DNA from: Squalus acanthias | Taxonomy: Eukaryota | Reading direction: 5' to 3' | Assembly (NCBI GenBank): GCA_030390025.1 | Contig: CM059452.1 | Span: 9,672,001-9,736,000, forward strand | Length of the DNA: 64,000 nt | Shown here: in pieces, positions 23,462 to 34,399 of the stretch | How positions within the stretch are numbered: position 1 is the first letter of the stretch | Layout of the letters: the number at the start of each line of letters is the position of its first letter | Position numbers and translations under genes: made by a program | Notes under the pieces: generated by a model | The model's input: only the letters and a program-made list of their open reading frames with translations | What the model was told of the DNA's origin: nothing | Database searches by the model: none

Positions 23462-26213
23462 CAGGATAATGAAACAGGTTGGGTAGAGATTAGGAATAAT
23501 AAGGGGAAAAAACACTGGTGGGCGTAGTATATAGGCCTCCTAATAGTTGCAACTCTGTTGGAAGAAGTATTAATCAGGAAATAGTTGGGGCATGTAATAA
23601 GGGAACAGCTATAATTATGGGCGATTTTAACTATCATATTAACTGGACAAATCAAATTGGGCAGAGCAGCCTTGAGGAAGAGTTTATTGAGTGTCTTAGG
23701 GATGGATTTCTTGAGCAGTATGTAACTGATCCTACAAGGGGGCAAGCAACCTTGGACCTGGTACTGTGTAATGAGTCTGGATTAATTAATAATGTCCTAG
23801 TTAAGGATCCCCTTGGAATGAGTGACCATAACATGGTTGAATTCCATATCCAATTAGAGGGTGAGAAGGTTGGTTCTCAAACAAGGATACTGAGCTTGAA
23901 TAAAGGAGACTATGATGGCATGAGAGCAGAATTGATTAAAGTGGACTGGGAAAATAGATTAAAGGGTAAGACGGTACATGAGCAGTGGTGTTCATTCAAG
24001 GAGTTATTTTACAACTTTCAAAATAAATATATTCCACTGAGGAAAAAAGGGTGTAAAAGAAATGACAGCCATCCATGGCTAAGTAAAGAAATTAAAGAAA
24101 GTATCCAACTAAAAACAAGGACATATAAGGTAGCCAAAGTTAGTGGGAGGATAGAAGATTGGGAAGTCTTCAAAAGACAACAAAAAGTAACTAAAGGATT
24201 GATTAAGAAAGGGAAAATAGACTATGAAAATAAATTAGCAAAAAATATAAAAACAGATAGCAAGAGTTTCTATAGTTATATAAAAAGAAAAAGGGTGGTT
24301 AAGGCAAACGTAGGTCCCTTAGAGGATGAGACCGGGAAATTAATGGTGGGAAACATGGAGATGGCAAAAATGCTGAACAAATATTTTGTTTCAGTCTTTA
24401 CGGTAGAGGACACTAAGAATATCCCAACACTGGACAAACAGGGGGCTCTAGTGGGGGAGGAGCTAAATACGATTAAAATCACTAAGGAATTGGTACTCAG
24501 TAAAATAATGGGACTCAAGGCGGATAAATCCCCTGGATCTGATGGCTTACATCCTAGGGTCTTGAGGGAAGTGGCAGTAGGAATTGTGGATGCTTTGGTA
24601 ATAATTTTCCAAAACTCCCTGAACTCAGCAAAGGTCCCGGCAGATTGGAAAACTGCTAATGTAACACCCTTATTTAAAAAGGGTTGTAGGCAGAAGGCTG
24701 GAAATTATAGACCAGTTAGCCTAACATCTGTGGTGGGTAAAATTTTGGAGTCTATTATTAAGGAGACAGTAACGGAACATTTAGATAAACATAATTTAAT
24801 AGGACAAAGTCAGCATGGCTTTATGAAGGGGAAGTCATGTCTGACAAATTTGCTCGAGTTCTTTGAGGACATAACGTACAGGGTGGATAAAGGGGAACCA
24901 GTGGACGTAGTGTATTTAGACTTCCAGAAGGCATTCGACAAGGTGCCACATAAAAGATTATTACTCAAGATAAAAAATCACTGGATTGGGGGTAATATTC
25001 TGGCATGGGTGGAGGATTGGTTATCTAACAGGAAGCAGAGAGTTGGGATAAATGGTTCATTCTCGGACTGGCAACCAGCAGCCAGTGGTGTTCCGGTGGG
25101 GTCGGTGCTGGGTCCCCAACTCTTTACAATCTATATTAACGATTTGGAGGAGGGGACCGAGTGTAACATATCAAAGTTTGCAGATGATACAAAGATGGGA
25201 GGGAAAGTAGAAAGTGAGGAGGACATAAAAAACCTACAAGGGGATATCGACAGGCTGGGTGAGTGGGCAGAGATTTGGCAGATGCAATACAATATTCGAA
25301 AATGTGAGGTTATGCACTTTGGCAGGAAAAATCAGAGAGCAAGTTATTATCTTAATGGCGAGAAACTGGAAAGTACTGCAGTACAAAGGGATCTGGGGGT
25401 CTTGGTGCAAGAAAATCAAAAAGTTAGTATGCAGGTGCAGCAGGTGATCAAGAAAGCCAATGGAATGTTGGCTTTTATTGCTAGGGGGATAGAATATAAA
25501 AACAGGGAGGTATTGCTGCAGTTGTATAGGGTATTGGTGAGACCGCACCTGGAGTACTGCATACAGTTTTGGTGTCCATACTTAAGAAAAGACCTACTTG
25601 CTCTCGAGGCAGTACAAAGAAGGTACACTCGGTTAATTCCGGGGATGAGGGGGTGGACATACGAGGAGAGGTTGAGTAGATTGGGACTCTACTCATTGGA
25701 GTTCAGAAGAATGAGAGGCGATCTTATTGAAACATATAAGATTGTGAAGGGGCTTGATCGGGTGCACGCGGTGAGGATGTTCCCAATGATGGGTGAAACT
25801 AGAACTAGGGGACATAATCTTAGAATAAGGGGCTGCTCTTTCAAAACTGAGATGAGGAGAAACTTTTTCACTCAGAGGGTAGTAGGTCTGTGGAATTTGC
25901 TACCCCAGGAAGCTGTGGAAGCTACTTCATTAAATAAATTTAAAACAGAAATAGACCGTTTCCTAGAAGTAAAGGGAATTAGGGGTTACGGGGAGCGGGC
26001 TGGAAATTGGACATGAGTTTGAGTTCGGATCGGTCAAGGCCCTGTGGGTGGCGGAGCGGGCCCAGGGGCTGAGTGGCCGGGTCCTGCTCCTACTTCTTGT
26101 GTTCTTTAGAGTTGAGGTTGGATCAGATCAGCCATGATCTCATTGAATGGCGGAGCAGGCTCGAGGGGCCGATTGGCCTACTTCTGCTCCTATTTCTTAT
26201 GTTCTTATGTTCT
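23462..26213 (+). mobile_element. Young 5'-truncated CR1 LINE with 5-bp TSD (tatat)
   Basis: 832-aa open ORF2, 3' UTR and (ttcttatg)n tail; tatat at 23457-23461 and 26214-26218. Confidence 0.95.
23518..26016 (+). CDS. CR1 ORF2 (partial endonuclease plus complete reverse transcriptase)
   Basis: MGDFN, SDH, YRPVSLTS, QHGF, LDFQKAFDKV, GSVLGP, KFADD motifs. Confidence 0.93.
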   Translation: MGVVYRPPNSCNSVGRSINQEIVGACNKGTAIIMGDFNYHINWTNQIGQSSLEEEFIECLRDGFLEQYVTDPTRGQATLDLVLCNESGLINNVLVKDPLGMSDHNMVEFHIQLEGEKVGSQTRILSLNKGDYDGMRAELIKVDWENRLKGKTVHEQWCSFKELFYNFQNKYIPLRKKGCKRNDSHPWLSKEIKESIQLKTRTYKVAKVSGRIEDWEVFKRQQKVTKGLIKKGKIDYENKLAKNIKTDSKSFYSYIKRKRVVKANVGPLEDETGKLMVGNMEMAKMLNKYFVSVFTVEDTKNIPTLDKQGALVGEELNTIKITKELVLSKIMGLKADKSPGSDGLHPRVLREVAVGIVDALVIIFQNSLNSAKVPADWKTANVTPLFKKGCRQKAGNYRPVSLTSVVGKILESIIKETVTEHLDKHNLIGQSQHGFMKGKSCLTNLLEFFEDITYRVDKGEPVDVVYLDFQKAFDKVPHKRLLLKIKNHWIGGNILAWVEDWLSNRKQRVGINGSFSDWQPAASGVPVGSVLGPQLFTIYINDLEEGTECNISKFADDTKMGGKVESEEDIKNLQGDIDRLGEWAEIWQMQYNIRKCEVMHFGRKNQRASYYLNGEKLESTAVQRDLGVLVQENQKVSMQVQQVIKKANGMLAFIARGIEYKNREVLLQLYRVLVRPHLEYCIQFWCPYLRKDLLALEAVQRRYTRLIPGMRGWTYEERLSRLGLYSLEFRRMRGDLIETYKIVKGLDRVHAVRMFPMMGETRTRGHNLRIRGCSFKTEMRRNFFTQRVVGLWNLLPQEAVEATSLNKFKTEIDRFLEVKGIRGYGERAGNWT

Positions 26214-26243
26214 TATATGTAGATTAAAATCACTCATGATAAC

Positions 26244-26810
26244 TCGCCACAGAATACCCAGCCTCTGACCTGCTCTTGTTGCCACAGTATTTATGTGGCT
26301 GGTCCAGTTAAGTTTATGGTCAACGGTGACCCCCCCCCCCCCCCACCCTCCCAGGATATTGATGGTGGGGGATTCGGCGATGGTAATGCCATTGAATGTC
26401 AAGGGGTGGTGGTTAGACTGTCGCTTGTTGGAGATAGTCATTGCCTGGTCTTGTTGCATGCGGGCATGGACTGCTTCATTATCTGAGGAGTTGCGAATGG
26501 CACTGAGCACTGTGCAGTCATCAGCGAACATCCCCATTTCTGACCTTATGTTGGAGGGAAGGTCATTGATGAAGCAGCTGGAGATGGTTGGGCCTAGGAC
26601 ACTGCCCTGAGGAACTCCTGCAGCGATGTCCTGGGGCTTTGATGATTGACCTTCAACCACCACAACCATCTTCCTTTGTGCTTGGTATGACTCTAGCCAG
26701 TGGAGACTTTCCCCCCTGATTCCCATTGACTTCCCTTTTACTCGGGCTCCTTGATGCCACACTCGGTCAAATGCTGCCTTGATATCAAGGGCAGTCACTC
26801 TCACTTTCAT
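26244..26810 (-). mobile_element. RT fragment of a different non-LTR (CR1/L2-clade) family
   Basis: ALDIKAAFDRVWHQG, GVPQGSVLGP, MFADDC. Confidence 0.85.
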
Positions 26811-26846
26811 TCTGTTTCCATGGGAAACCAGGAATGTTTTCTGCAG

Positions 26847-26940
26847 AACTGAGTTCTGGAGACTCCTTCAAGCAGTGGCCAACAGAAGCCCAATATCTGG
26901 AAGGAACCTCAATGAGCATTAATTGTAACTATTCAACGTC
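26847..26940 (+). pseudogene. TCR V relic: FR1 only, fused to a degenerate nonamer and 3' flank
   Basis: ttttctgcag acceptor, then LSSGDSFKQWPTEAQYLEGTSMSINCNYSTS. 26945-27370 aligns to 9046-9460. Confidence 0.75.
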
Positions 26941-29456
26941 CCTAGTGTACCAAAACGCACACTGAGAGGGCGCTCTCACACCGATAACCAGAAGCAATAA
27001 TTCAGCCTCCACAGTGAGAGTCACACGGACCTCCTTAAAAGTACAAAAAAACACAGCACTCAACAAGAACAGGTGAGGTCCCCTGGCCGAATTATATTAG
27101 TTTGTGATTTCAACTCGCATTTATACTAAAAATGAACTTCAGCAATCATGTCTGTGGTGCCACAACTCACCTTTTGTCTTTTGATGTAATTTCCGGGCCT
27201 GCCTGTCTCTTCTCATCCCTTGTCTCCACTCTTTACTAATCGTATGGACTTTCTTCTTCCAGTCTTTAGTTTAACGATATAAAACCTTTACTGCTGCATG
27301 GCATATTAATTCAGAACCGCTCTAACCCAGCTTCCCATAAACAGGAACTGCAGACAGGTCAGTGAATAATGTTAAGATCAGCTCCGAGAAAGAGGTTGCT
27401 GACAGGGCCAGGAACCTCCTGCTGGTCGCTCCGTTAATGGGACAGGATCTGGTTCCCATATTCTGCCTGTGTGTGTTATTTCATCTCGTGTATTCCTTCA
27501 AAACCAATACTTAATGTATTGGGGTGCTCGGGAAATCCTCCGACCCATTACTCTATTTTAGTTTCACTATATTTAGATGACACTTTCCAAGCTTGAAAAC
27601 AGAGGTGTTGGAAACCCACAACCGAATGGGAGAGGACATGAAAGAGAAAATTAGTTGAATGTTTCGGGAGATCTGTGGAGAAAATAGAGAGATTTCTGAT
27701 CTCTTTCGCTATTCTTGCTGTTCCGGTCACTGGTTGCCTCATTGAACTTCCGTGCGTCAGTTAACCTGCAATAAATCTGACCAAGTGCTATTGGCCTGTA
27801 AGGAGAACTCTGACTGTGTGGCAGTTTCCCCGAGGGAGGCTGTAATAAATTGCTATTCAGTGGTTCAGTTGGCTCACACCCTATCAGTGATTTAAGCAGC
27901 CATGAAGGACAGAGATTCCCACAATGCACAGCGGGCCAGAATAGGCCCAATGTAGACCACGGGCCGTGCTGCTCCCTGGGAGCACTGTTCGCACATGCGC
28001 AACTCGCCAACCGCTTCAATTATTGTTGTCTGTATCTTTATTTCTGTCTCATATTTTCTCCTTTTTATTAAGAAAGGGAGACCGTTTCTTTTGTGGGAAT
28101 TGAAGTCACACGTCACACCGCACGTCACACAAACATGGCCGTCACCGCTTTGCCCTGCACTGGATGACGCCACAATGCTTTTCGCATGTCACAGCACCGC
28201 GATTGGCTGTTTTTCACATTCATTGAGGGTCAGAGGTCACGGGCAGTCTCCAGGCTCCGGTCAGCGCTAAAGATTCCGCGTGTGTGCAGCCTATGACCCC
28301 TGACCCAGGGCTGTGACCCTGGGGGGTCAGCTCGGAAAGTCTTCAATGGGCCCTGCACCACCCGATATTCTCGGAGCCTGGGGACAGGATACAGAGCCGG
28401 GAGAGACAGCAATGGTGGCTGAAGGTATTTGTCGCTTTGAGGGGAGGGAGAGAAATTGGGGCAGAGACATAGTTTAAACAGCAACTCCATCCATTTGCAA
28501 TGTTCCTTCCCAGCCCTTCAGAAGGGCCGCCTAATTCATCCGTTCCTCAACCCTATCATATACTCAACCACAGGAGACCTCGCGCCTGGACTCCAGGAGC
28601 TCAGAGGGAAAGCAGCACTGCATCAAAAGGAGAATGCCGGAAGATACTCGGGTCTGGCCAGAAACCTCTGGAGATGTTCCCGGGGCGGGGAGGCATCGAA
28701 AGAGCCCGAGGATCCGGTTAAGGACGTGGAGCAAAACTACAGGGAAACAGGGATCAGAGATCTGAAGGTCACTGGCGGTACACAGTAGTGATGTTCACTG
28801 AGTTCATGGAGATGGTACAAGAGGGAATGGAGCAGAGCAGGGAGAAAGGTCGTCAGGGATACAGGAGACAGATGGTCAGGGTAAATGGGTGTGGCTCAGA
28901 TTGGAGAAGGGTTGGAAGTGGTTACCCCAGTGCTGGGCCTACTCTTTCATTGGTCTGTGTGGACCATTTGGACTCGGGACTCCATTAAAGGGTCTAATCC
29001 AAAACAAAAAATACATTCTATAGCGCCCTCCCCGAGAGGAGGGCTACACTCGCTCACTTGGCCTGAACAAAACTAGAACGATATTCCATCAGAATTTGAT
29101 TTTGTCCGACTGTCACACAACCTGTGTCCAGCAGTGACCAAATATACCTGAGGACACCGCGTGATCCTAATCCCCTCTCCCTCAAATACAATCTCTCCTT
29201 CTTTCCTCTCTGCCCTGGGTGTCTGTGTGCGTATACACCAGAATAGGTGGAGAGAAAGAGTGAATGTGTAACAGGGAAGTTCGAGAGTCTGTGTTTATAA
29301 CAGAGAAGTTGGAAACAGAATCTCTGTGTTTATAACAGTAAAGTGAAGAGTGCCTGAGTGTGTATAACAGAAAAGCTGGAGAGAGAGCCTGTGTGCCGGA
29401 TAGGCCCCAGACTCTGAGAATCATTTCCAGGGTTTGTGCTCCCCAGTGTGTCTGTG

Positions 29457-29660
29457 TCAGATATCTAACAAGTGTGCAGCTGCCGTGGGAGTGTTTGATG
29501 GGACAGTGTAGAGGGAGCTTTACTCTGTATCTAACCCATGCTGTACCTGCCCTGGGAGTGTTTGATGGGGCAGTGTAGAGGGAGCTTTACTCTGTATCTA
29601 ACAAGTGTGTACCTGCTCTGGAAGTGTTTGATGGGACAGTGCAGAGGGAGATTTACTCTG
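29457..29660. repeat. 67-bp satellite, ~3 units, opposite orientation to the larger arrays
   Basis: gggagtgtttgatgggacagtgtagagggagctttactctgtatctaac... Confidence 0.9.
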
Positions 29661-29856
29661 CCATGTACTGTAATGTATCAAACTGTGATGGAGCAGAGCC
29701 CTGCTCTTTATTAGAACCTGGCATGTGACTGTTACAGACCATAATATTAGAGGAGACTGCGAGGTGCGCCTGGTCGCTGTTGGTCGCTATGCAGTCATTC
29801 CGCCTCTGGGTCTTGACATAAAAAGGCAGGGGTAAAGGTGTCTTTACTCTGATGAG

Positions 29857-29870
29857 GCACTAGGTGGCGC
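29857..29870 (+). promoter_or_regulatory. CTCF-like motif between the IgM 3' end and the TCR V array
   Basis: gcactaggtggcgc; overlaps a possible tRNA-SINE A box. Confidence 0.45.
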
Positions 29871-30503
29871 AGTGGCTCCTTAACCGAAGGGACTTGGGTT
29901 CAAACACAACCCAGACAGGACGGGTGAAAAATACCTGTCAGGGAAATAAAACAAAGTGTGATAGGGAAAATGGAGCGGTGTGGAGGAGCCTTGGAGAAAG
30001 GAATTCAGCAAAGTCCAAATTAGTCAATTTGTCATTCCAGATTTATTAACAATTTCACAGAGAACAATTTACAGTGAAGTTTTTAAAAAGTTAACACAAA
30101 GTGAATATAACAACAGAGCGTCACATTGAGACCAGATCACAGGCGGTCTGAGCTGCCAGTTATCTGTACAACTGTAACAGACACCAGGGAGAGAAAACAG
30201 GGGCTCAACATAAAGGGAAGGGAACAATTGTCAATTACGAATGAGAAAAGTGACTTATTTACACATGAAATATTCAAACAACGGTGAAACTCTAAGATAC
30301 ATTTACATTATAGCCACGATTATCTCACACATTTCAAACAGAGAGACGGAAATCCCGGTTATGATTTTCTCAGCTACAGATTCGGATCTATTAACTGAAG
30401 ACATTTGACTCTGAGAATCACCAAGAGGACATATTTTATTTTCAGGACACAGAGATGTTAATAAACAGATGAGGAAAATCCACGGCGTCCGAAATTCAAC
30501 CGT

Positions 30504-30512
30504 TCACTTGAT
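30504..30512 (-). CDS. IGHM: IgM TM2 exon (coding part IK*)
   Basis: ttttacag|atc aag tga; aataaa signals downstream at ~30436 and ~30042. Confidence 0.88.
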   Translation of the reverse strand: MK

Positions 30513-30652
30513 CTGTAAAAGAGGGATAAAAGAATGAAGCAGAGATTTAGTGGTTTGGGGCATTTATCTCAGGGTTTTTATCAATGAAACTTTTAGAGAT
30601 TTGTCAAACCGCTTCAGTCAGATCGAAGTGTGAGTGGATTGAATCTTCTCAC

Positions 30653-30780
30653 CTTCACTAGAGTGACGGCAGCGCTGTAGGACATGCTCAGGAAGAACAG
30701 GATGATGAATGTGGAAGCGGTTGTCCAGATGTTGCCGCTCTCTTCCTCATAGTCTTCAATCAAGATGTGGTCTGAGGAAT
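30653..30780 (-). CDS. IGHM: IgM TM1 exon
   Basis: (D)SSDHILIEDYEEESGNIWTTASTFIILFFLSMSYSAAVTLVK, the conserved antigen-receptor TM motif; AG acceptor, gtgag donor. Confidence 0.95.
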
Positions 30781-31429
30781 CTACGGGGATGTAGAGGCGG
30801 AAATATATTCAGATCGTTTATTAATCCAAGATATCATATTATTATTATATATTCCCTTCTTTTCCTTAAGGTATTAGTTTGTTCTCTAATTGAATTTTCA
30901 ATGTATATCTTGTGTTAAGTTAATCACTCTCAGCAATCTATCTCTGTTCCTAACTCCACAGTCGCTCTTCCTTTATGATCCTCCTATAGTCCGTGTTGGA
31001 AAAAACGACAGTTTTTTCTTCAATGTCACACGCTAATTGATTTTGCATCAATTTCGTACAATCTATCATTCGGGAATAATATGATGAAATATCGAGGGAG
31101 GTTTACTGATTGATATCGATTATTTTAACGATAGGTTTAGATAGCTACTTATTTGGAGACTGTCAAGGGGGCTGGGTAAGAGATCAGATGTGATTTATAA
31201 TCTTGTTTATTTATTTGTTATGGCAGTGCTCTGAACATAATTAACTTGTATCAGATTCCAACAAGAACATTGATTCAGTGTATGTGTAGGACCAGAATAG
31301 AGAAATGTGAGATTTTATGGTATCAGGAATTATTCATTCAGAACAATCGTTGGAAACTGTGTTCGTTCAAAAAGTGCATTTTAATTCTACATTCGTCTAT
31401 AGCCTGAGGTTTTTTCGCGCATTCGTGTT

Positions 31430-32140
31430 TGCGTATGTGTGTCTGACAATCTCTTGTTTTGTTTTAGTCTGTGTTTGTGTGTTAATGTGTGTGTTGCTGT
31501 ATAAGTGTGTGTGCGTGTTTGTGTGTTTGTGTAATTGTGTGTTTGTGTAATTCTATATATGTGTATTTATGTGTAAGTGTGTGATTATGTGTAAGTGTGC
31601 GTGTATTTTTGTCAGTTTGTGTATGTTTATGTGTAAGTCTTTGTATAAGTGTGTGTGTTTATGTTTAATTGTGTGTTTGTTTTTGTGTATGTGCGTCCAT
31701 GTGTGTGTTTATGTTTATGTTTATGGTTATGTGTAAGTGTTTGTGTATGTTCAGGTGTAAGCGTGTGAGTGTTTCTGTGTAATTGTGTGTGTTTGTATGT
31801 AAGTGTGTGTTTGTATGTGTGTGTTTGTGTTGAGTGTGAGTTTATGGGTGTGTAAGTGTGTGTGTGTTAATGCATGTGTTTGTGTGTGCTTTGTTTAAGG
31901 GTGTGCGCGTGTGTATTTCCGGTACTGTTCAAAGTTTCAGAGAGTACCAATAACTGGGTCTGACAATGACGGTGTGTATTATATTCTGGGTATGTGTAAT
32001 ATTCTATGTCAATATGTTAATGCGTGTGTTTATGTGTAAGTCTGTGTGTGTTTATGTGTAAGTGTGCACTTACACAAAACACACACACTTACACAAAATC
32101 GCAAACGCACTTGCACATAAACACACACACTCACTTTACA
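31430..32140. repeat. Degenerate (TG)n tract ending in an inverted (CA)n
   Basis: Visible low-complexity sequence; palindromic centre tgtaagtgtgcacttaca at ~32057-32074. Confidence 0.85.
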
Positions 32141-32469
32141 CGCATTCTTCCCCGCTCTGTGTAAATGTGTTCTGTGTGAGACGCAATGTGACGTCAACCG
32201 ATGGGCCTCAAACCATCAGGGACAGAACCGTGAGAAACCCGCAGAGGATTCAATCACCAGTTCAAATTTGGACTATTAAAATTCAATCTGTTAGTTTATG
32301 AATAACAGGGACAGATTTACTCCAAACACTAGTTAAAGATAAGTTGTTAAATAAATATTTATTTTACAATATGATTCTCATCCGGCAACTTTAACGTTTT
32401 TAGACTGTGAGTTAAAGCTGACTTTTTACTGATGGCAACTAAGTTCATATAATAGAGATTGGTTCACCT

Positions 32470-33485
32470 CCCCTCTCTCTGGTGGGGGAGTGGGAGGTAC
32501 AGTGGGTTAACAATTGCCCTTTTCCCTCTCGCTGGTGGGGGAGTGGGAGGTACAGTGGGTTAACAATTGCCCTTTCCCCTCTCTCTGGTGGGGGAGTGGG
32601 AGGTACAGTGGGTTAACAATTGCCCTTTCCCCTCTCTCTGGTGGGGAGTGGGGGTACAGTGGGTTAACAATTGCCCTTTCCCCTCTCTCTGGTGGGGGAG
32701 TGGGGGTACAGTGGGTTAACAATTGCCCTTTCCCCTCTCTCTGGTGGGGGAGTGGGGGGTACAGTGGGTTAACAATTGCCCTTTCCCTCTCTCTGGTGGG
32801 GAGTGGGGGTACAGTGGGTTAACAATTGCCCTTTCCCCTCTCTCTGGTGGGGGAGTGGGAGGTACAGTGGGTTAACAATTGCCCTTTGCCCTCTCTCTGG
32901 TGGGGGAGTGGGAGGTACAGTGGGTTAACAATTGCCCTTTGCCCTCTCTCTGGTGGGGGAGTGGGAGGTACAGTGGGTTAACAATTGCCCTTTCCCCTCT
33001 CTCTGGTGTGGGAGTGGGGGTACAGTGGGTTAACAATTACCCTTTCCCCTCTCTCTGGTGGGGGAGTGGGGGTACAGTGGGTTAACAATTACCCTTTCCC
33101 CTCTCTGGTGGGGAGTGGGAGGTACAGTGGGTTAACAATTGCCCTTTCCCCTCTCTCTGGTGGGGGAGTGGGGGTACAGTGGGTTAACAATTACCCTTTC
33201 CCCTCTCTGGTGGGGAGTGGGAGGTACAGTGGGTTAACAATTGCCCTTTCCCCTCTCTCTGGTGGGGGAGTGGGGGTACAGTGGGTTAACAATTGCCCTT
33301 TCCCCTCTCTCTGGTGGGGGAGTGGGGGTACAGCGGGTTAACAATTGCCCTTTCCCCTCTCTCTGGTGGGGGTGTTGGGGTACAGTGGATTAACAATTGC
33401 CCTTTCCCCTCTCTCTGGTGGGGGAGTGAGAGGTACAGTGGGTTAACAATTGCCCTTTCCCCTCTCTCTGGTGGGGGAGTGGGGT
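32470..33485. repeat. 53-bp G-rich minisatellite, ~19 copies, in the Cmu4-TM1 intron
   Basis: Unit ctctctctggtgggggagtgggaggtacagtgggttaacaattgccctttccc; gttaac at 32506 and 32559. Confidence 0.95.
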
Positions 33486-34007
33486 GACAGTTCGTGTTCG
33501 TGTGTGGCCTTATTTCAGATCCCAGAGGGTGCGATGCTGCAAAATAAAACTAGCCCCAATTCTGAAGGGAACAGCACGGGAAACAGGGACACCGAGATCT
33601 AAATGTGCTGCAAATAACAACAGAAAACGCTGGAAAAACTCAGCAGGCCAGGCAGCATCCGTGGAGAGAGAAAGAGAGTTAACGTTTCTAATGTGCTGCG
33701 TTTGTTTGTCTGAAATGGGAACTTTTTGATTCCCCCCAGCGGGAGGAAAGTTGCTGAAGTGACTTTGAGGAATCCTGTCATGAAAGAGCTTCAGTCTGTC
33801 TCTAACCCGTGGTGTATCTGAGCTGGGAGCGCTGGCTGTACAAGCCTTGGGCCCGAGACCGGCAAATATCCTGCTTCAGATAAACAGCCCTCCCCTTGGC
33901 AAAAATGGGAAACAAAATTAATCGAGCGGCTGTGTGTGTAACTGACGATTGGAAGAAAAGGCCTTTATTGGTTTTTATTCAAGAACTGAAATGCAATCGA
34001 GAGATTC

Positions 34008-34399
34008 TCATTGACAAGAATTGACGGTGTCCATCAGAACAAGGGAAATGTTGACAAAACTGGGTTTACCGCTGGATTTATTAACCGTTCTGTTGATGAT
34101 CTTCAAGGGGATCGCTTCATGTCCCACCACACAGGAGTAAGAAGCGCCGCTGGCCCACTCCTCCGCTGCAATGGATAACAGGCTGTACATGAAGAAGGAA
34201 CTGCTGCCGTTCTCCGCCATCACCTCGGTGTTCTTGTAGTTGCCGGAATTCACCGGCTTGTCATTGACGGTCCACTTGACGAAGATCTCTCGGGGGGAGA
34301 AACCTCTCACTAAGCAGGTGAGGCTGACGAACCTCTGAGCGGAGACTTCTTCTGCCGGGGGCAGGAGGACAGACACGGACGGTTCCCGCGGATCTTTAG
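34008..34399 (-). CDS. IGHM: IgM Cmu4 plus secretory tailpiece
   Basis: AKDPREPSV...[10 protein letters not shown]...YSCVVGHEA...NKSS|[20 protein letters not shown]; tailpiece has NIS glycan site and penultimate Cys. Internal donor g|gtaaa at 34070/34069; two aataaa at 33964-33979. Confidence 0.97.

Noticed and set aside
27550-29100. GC-richer stretch with several 60-120 aa ORFs between the V array and IgM
   Set aside because: No recognisable domain or splice structure; possibly a decayed transposon, but unsupported without a search.
32507-33487. Repetitive ORFs within minisatellites (also 55798-56292 and the 67-bp satellite ORFs)
   Set aside because: Translation artefacts of tandem repeats.
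33600-33690. Short repeat ending gttaacgtttc, resembling half of another hammerhead-bearing element
   Set aside because: The CUGANGA half of the core is absent, so it cannot be called a ribozyme.
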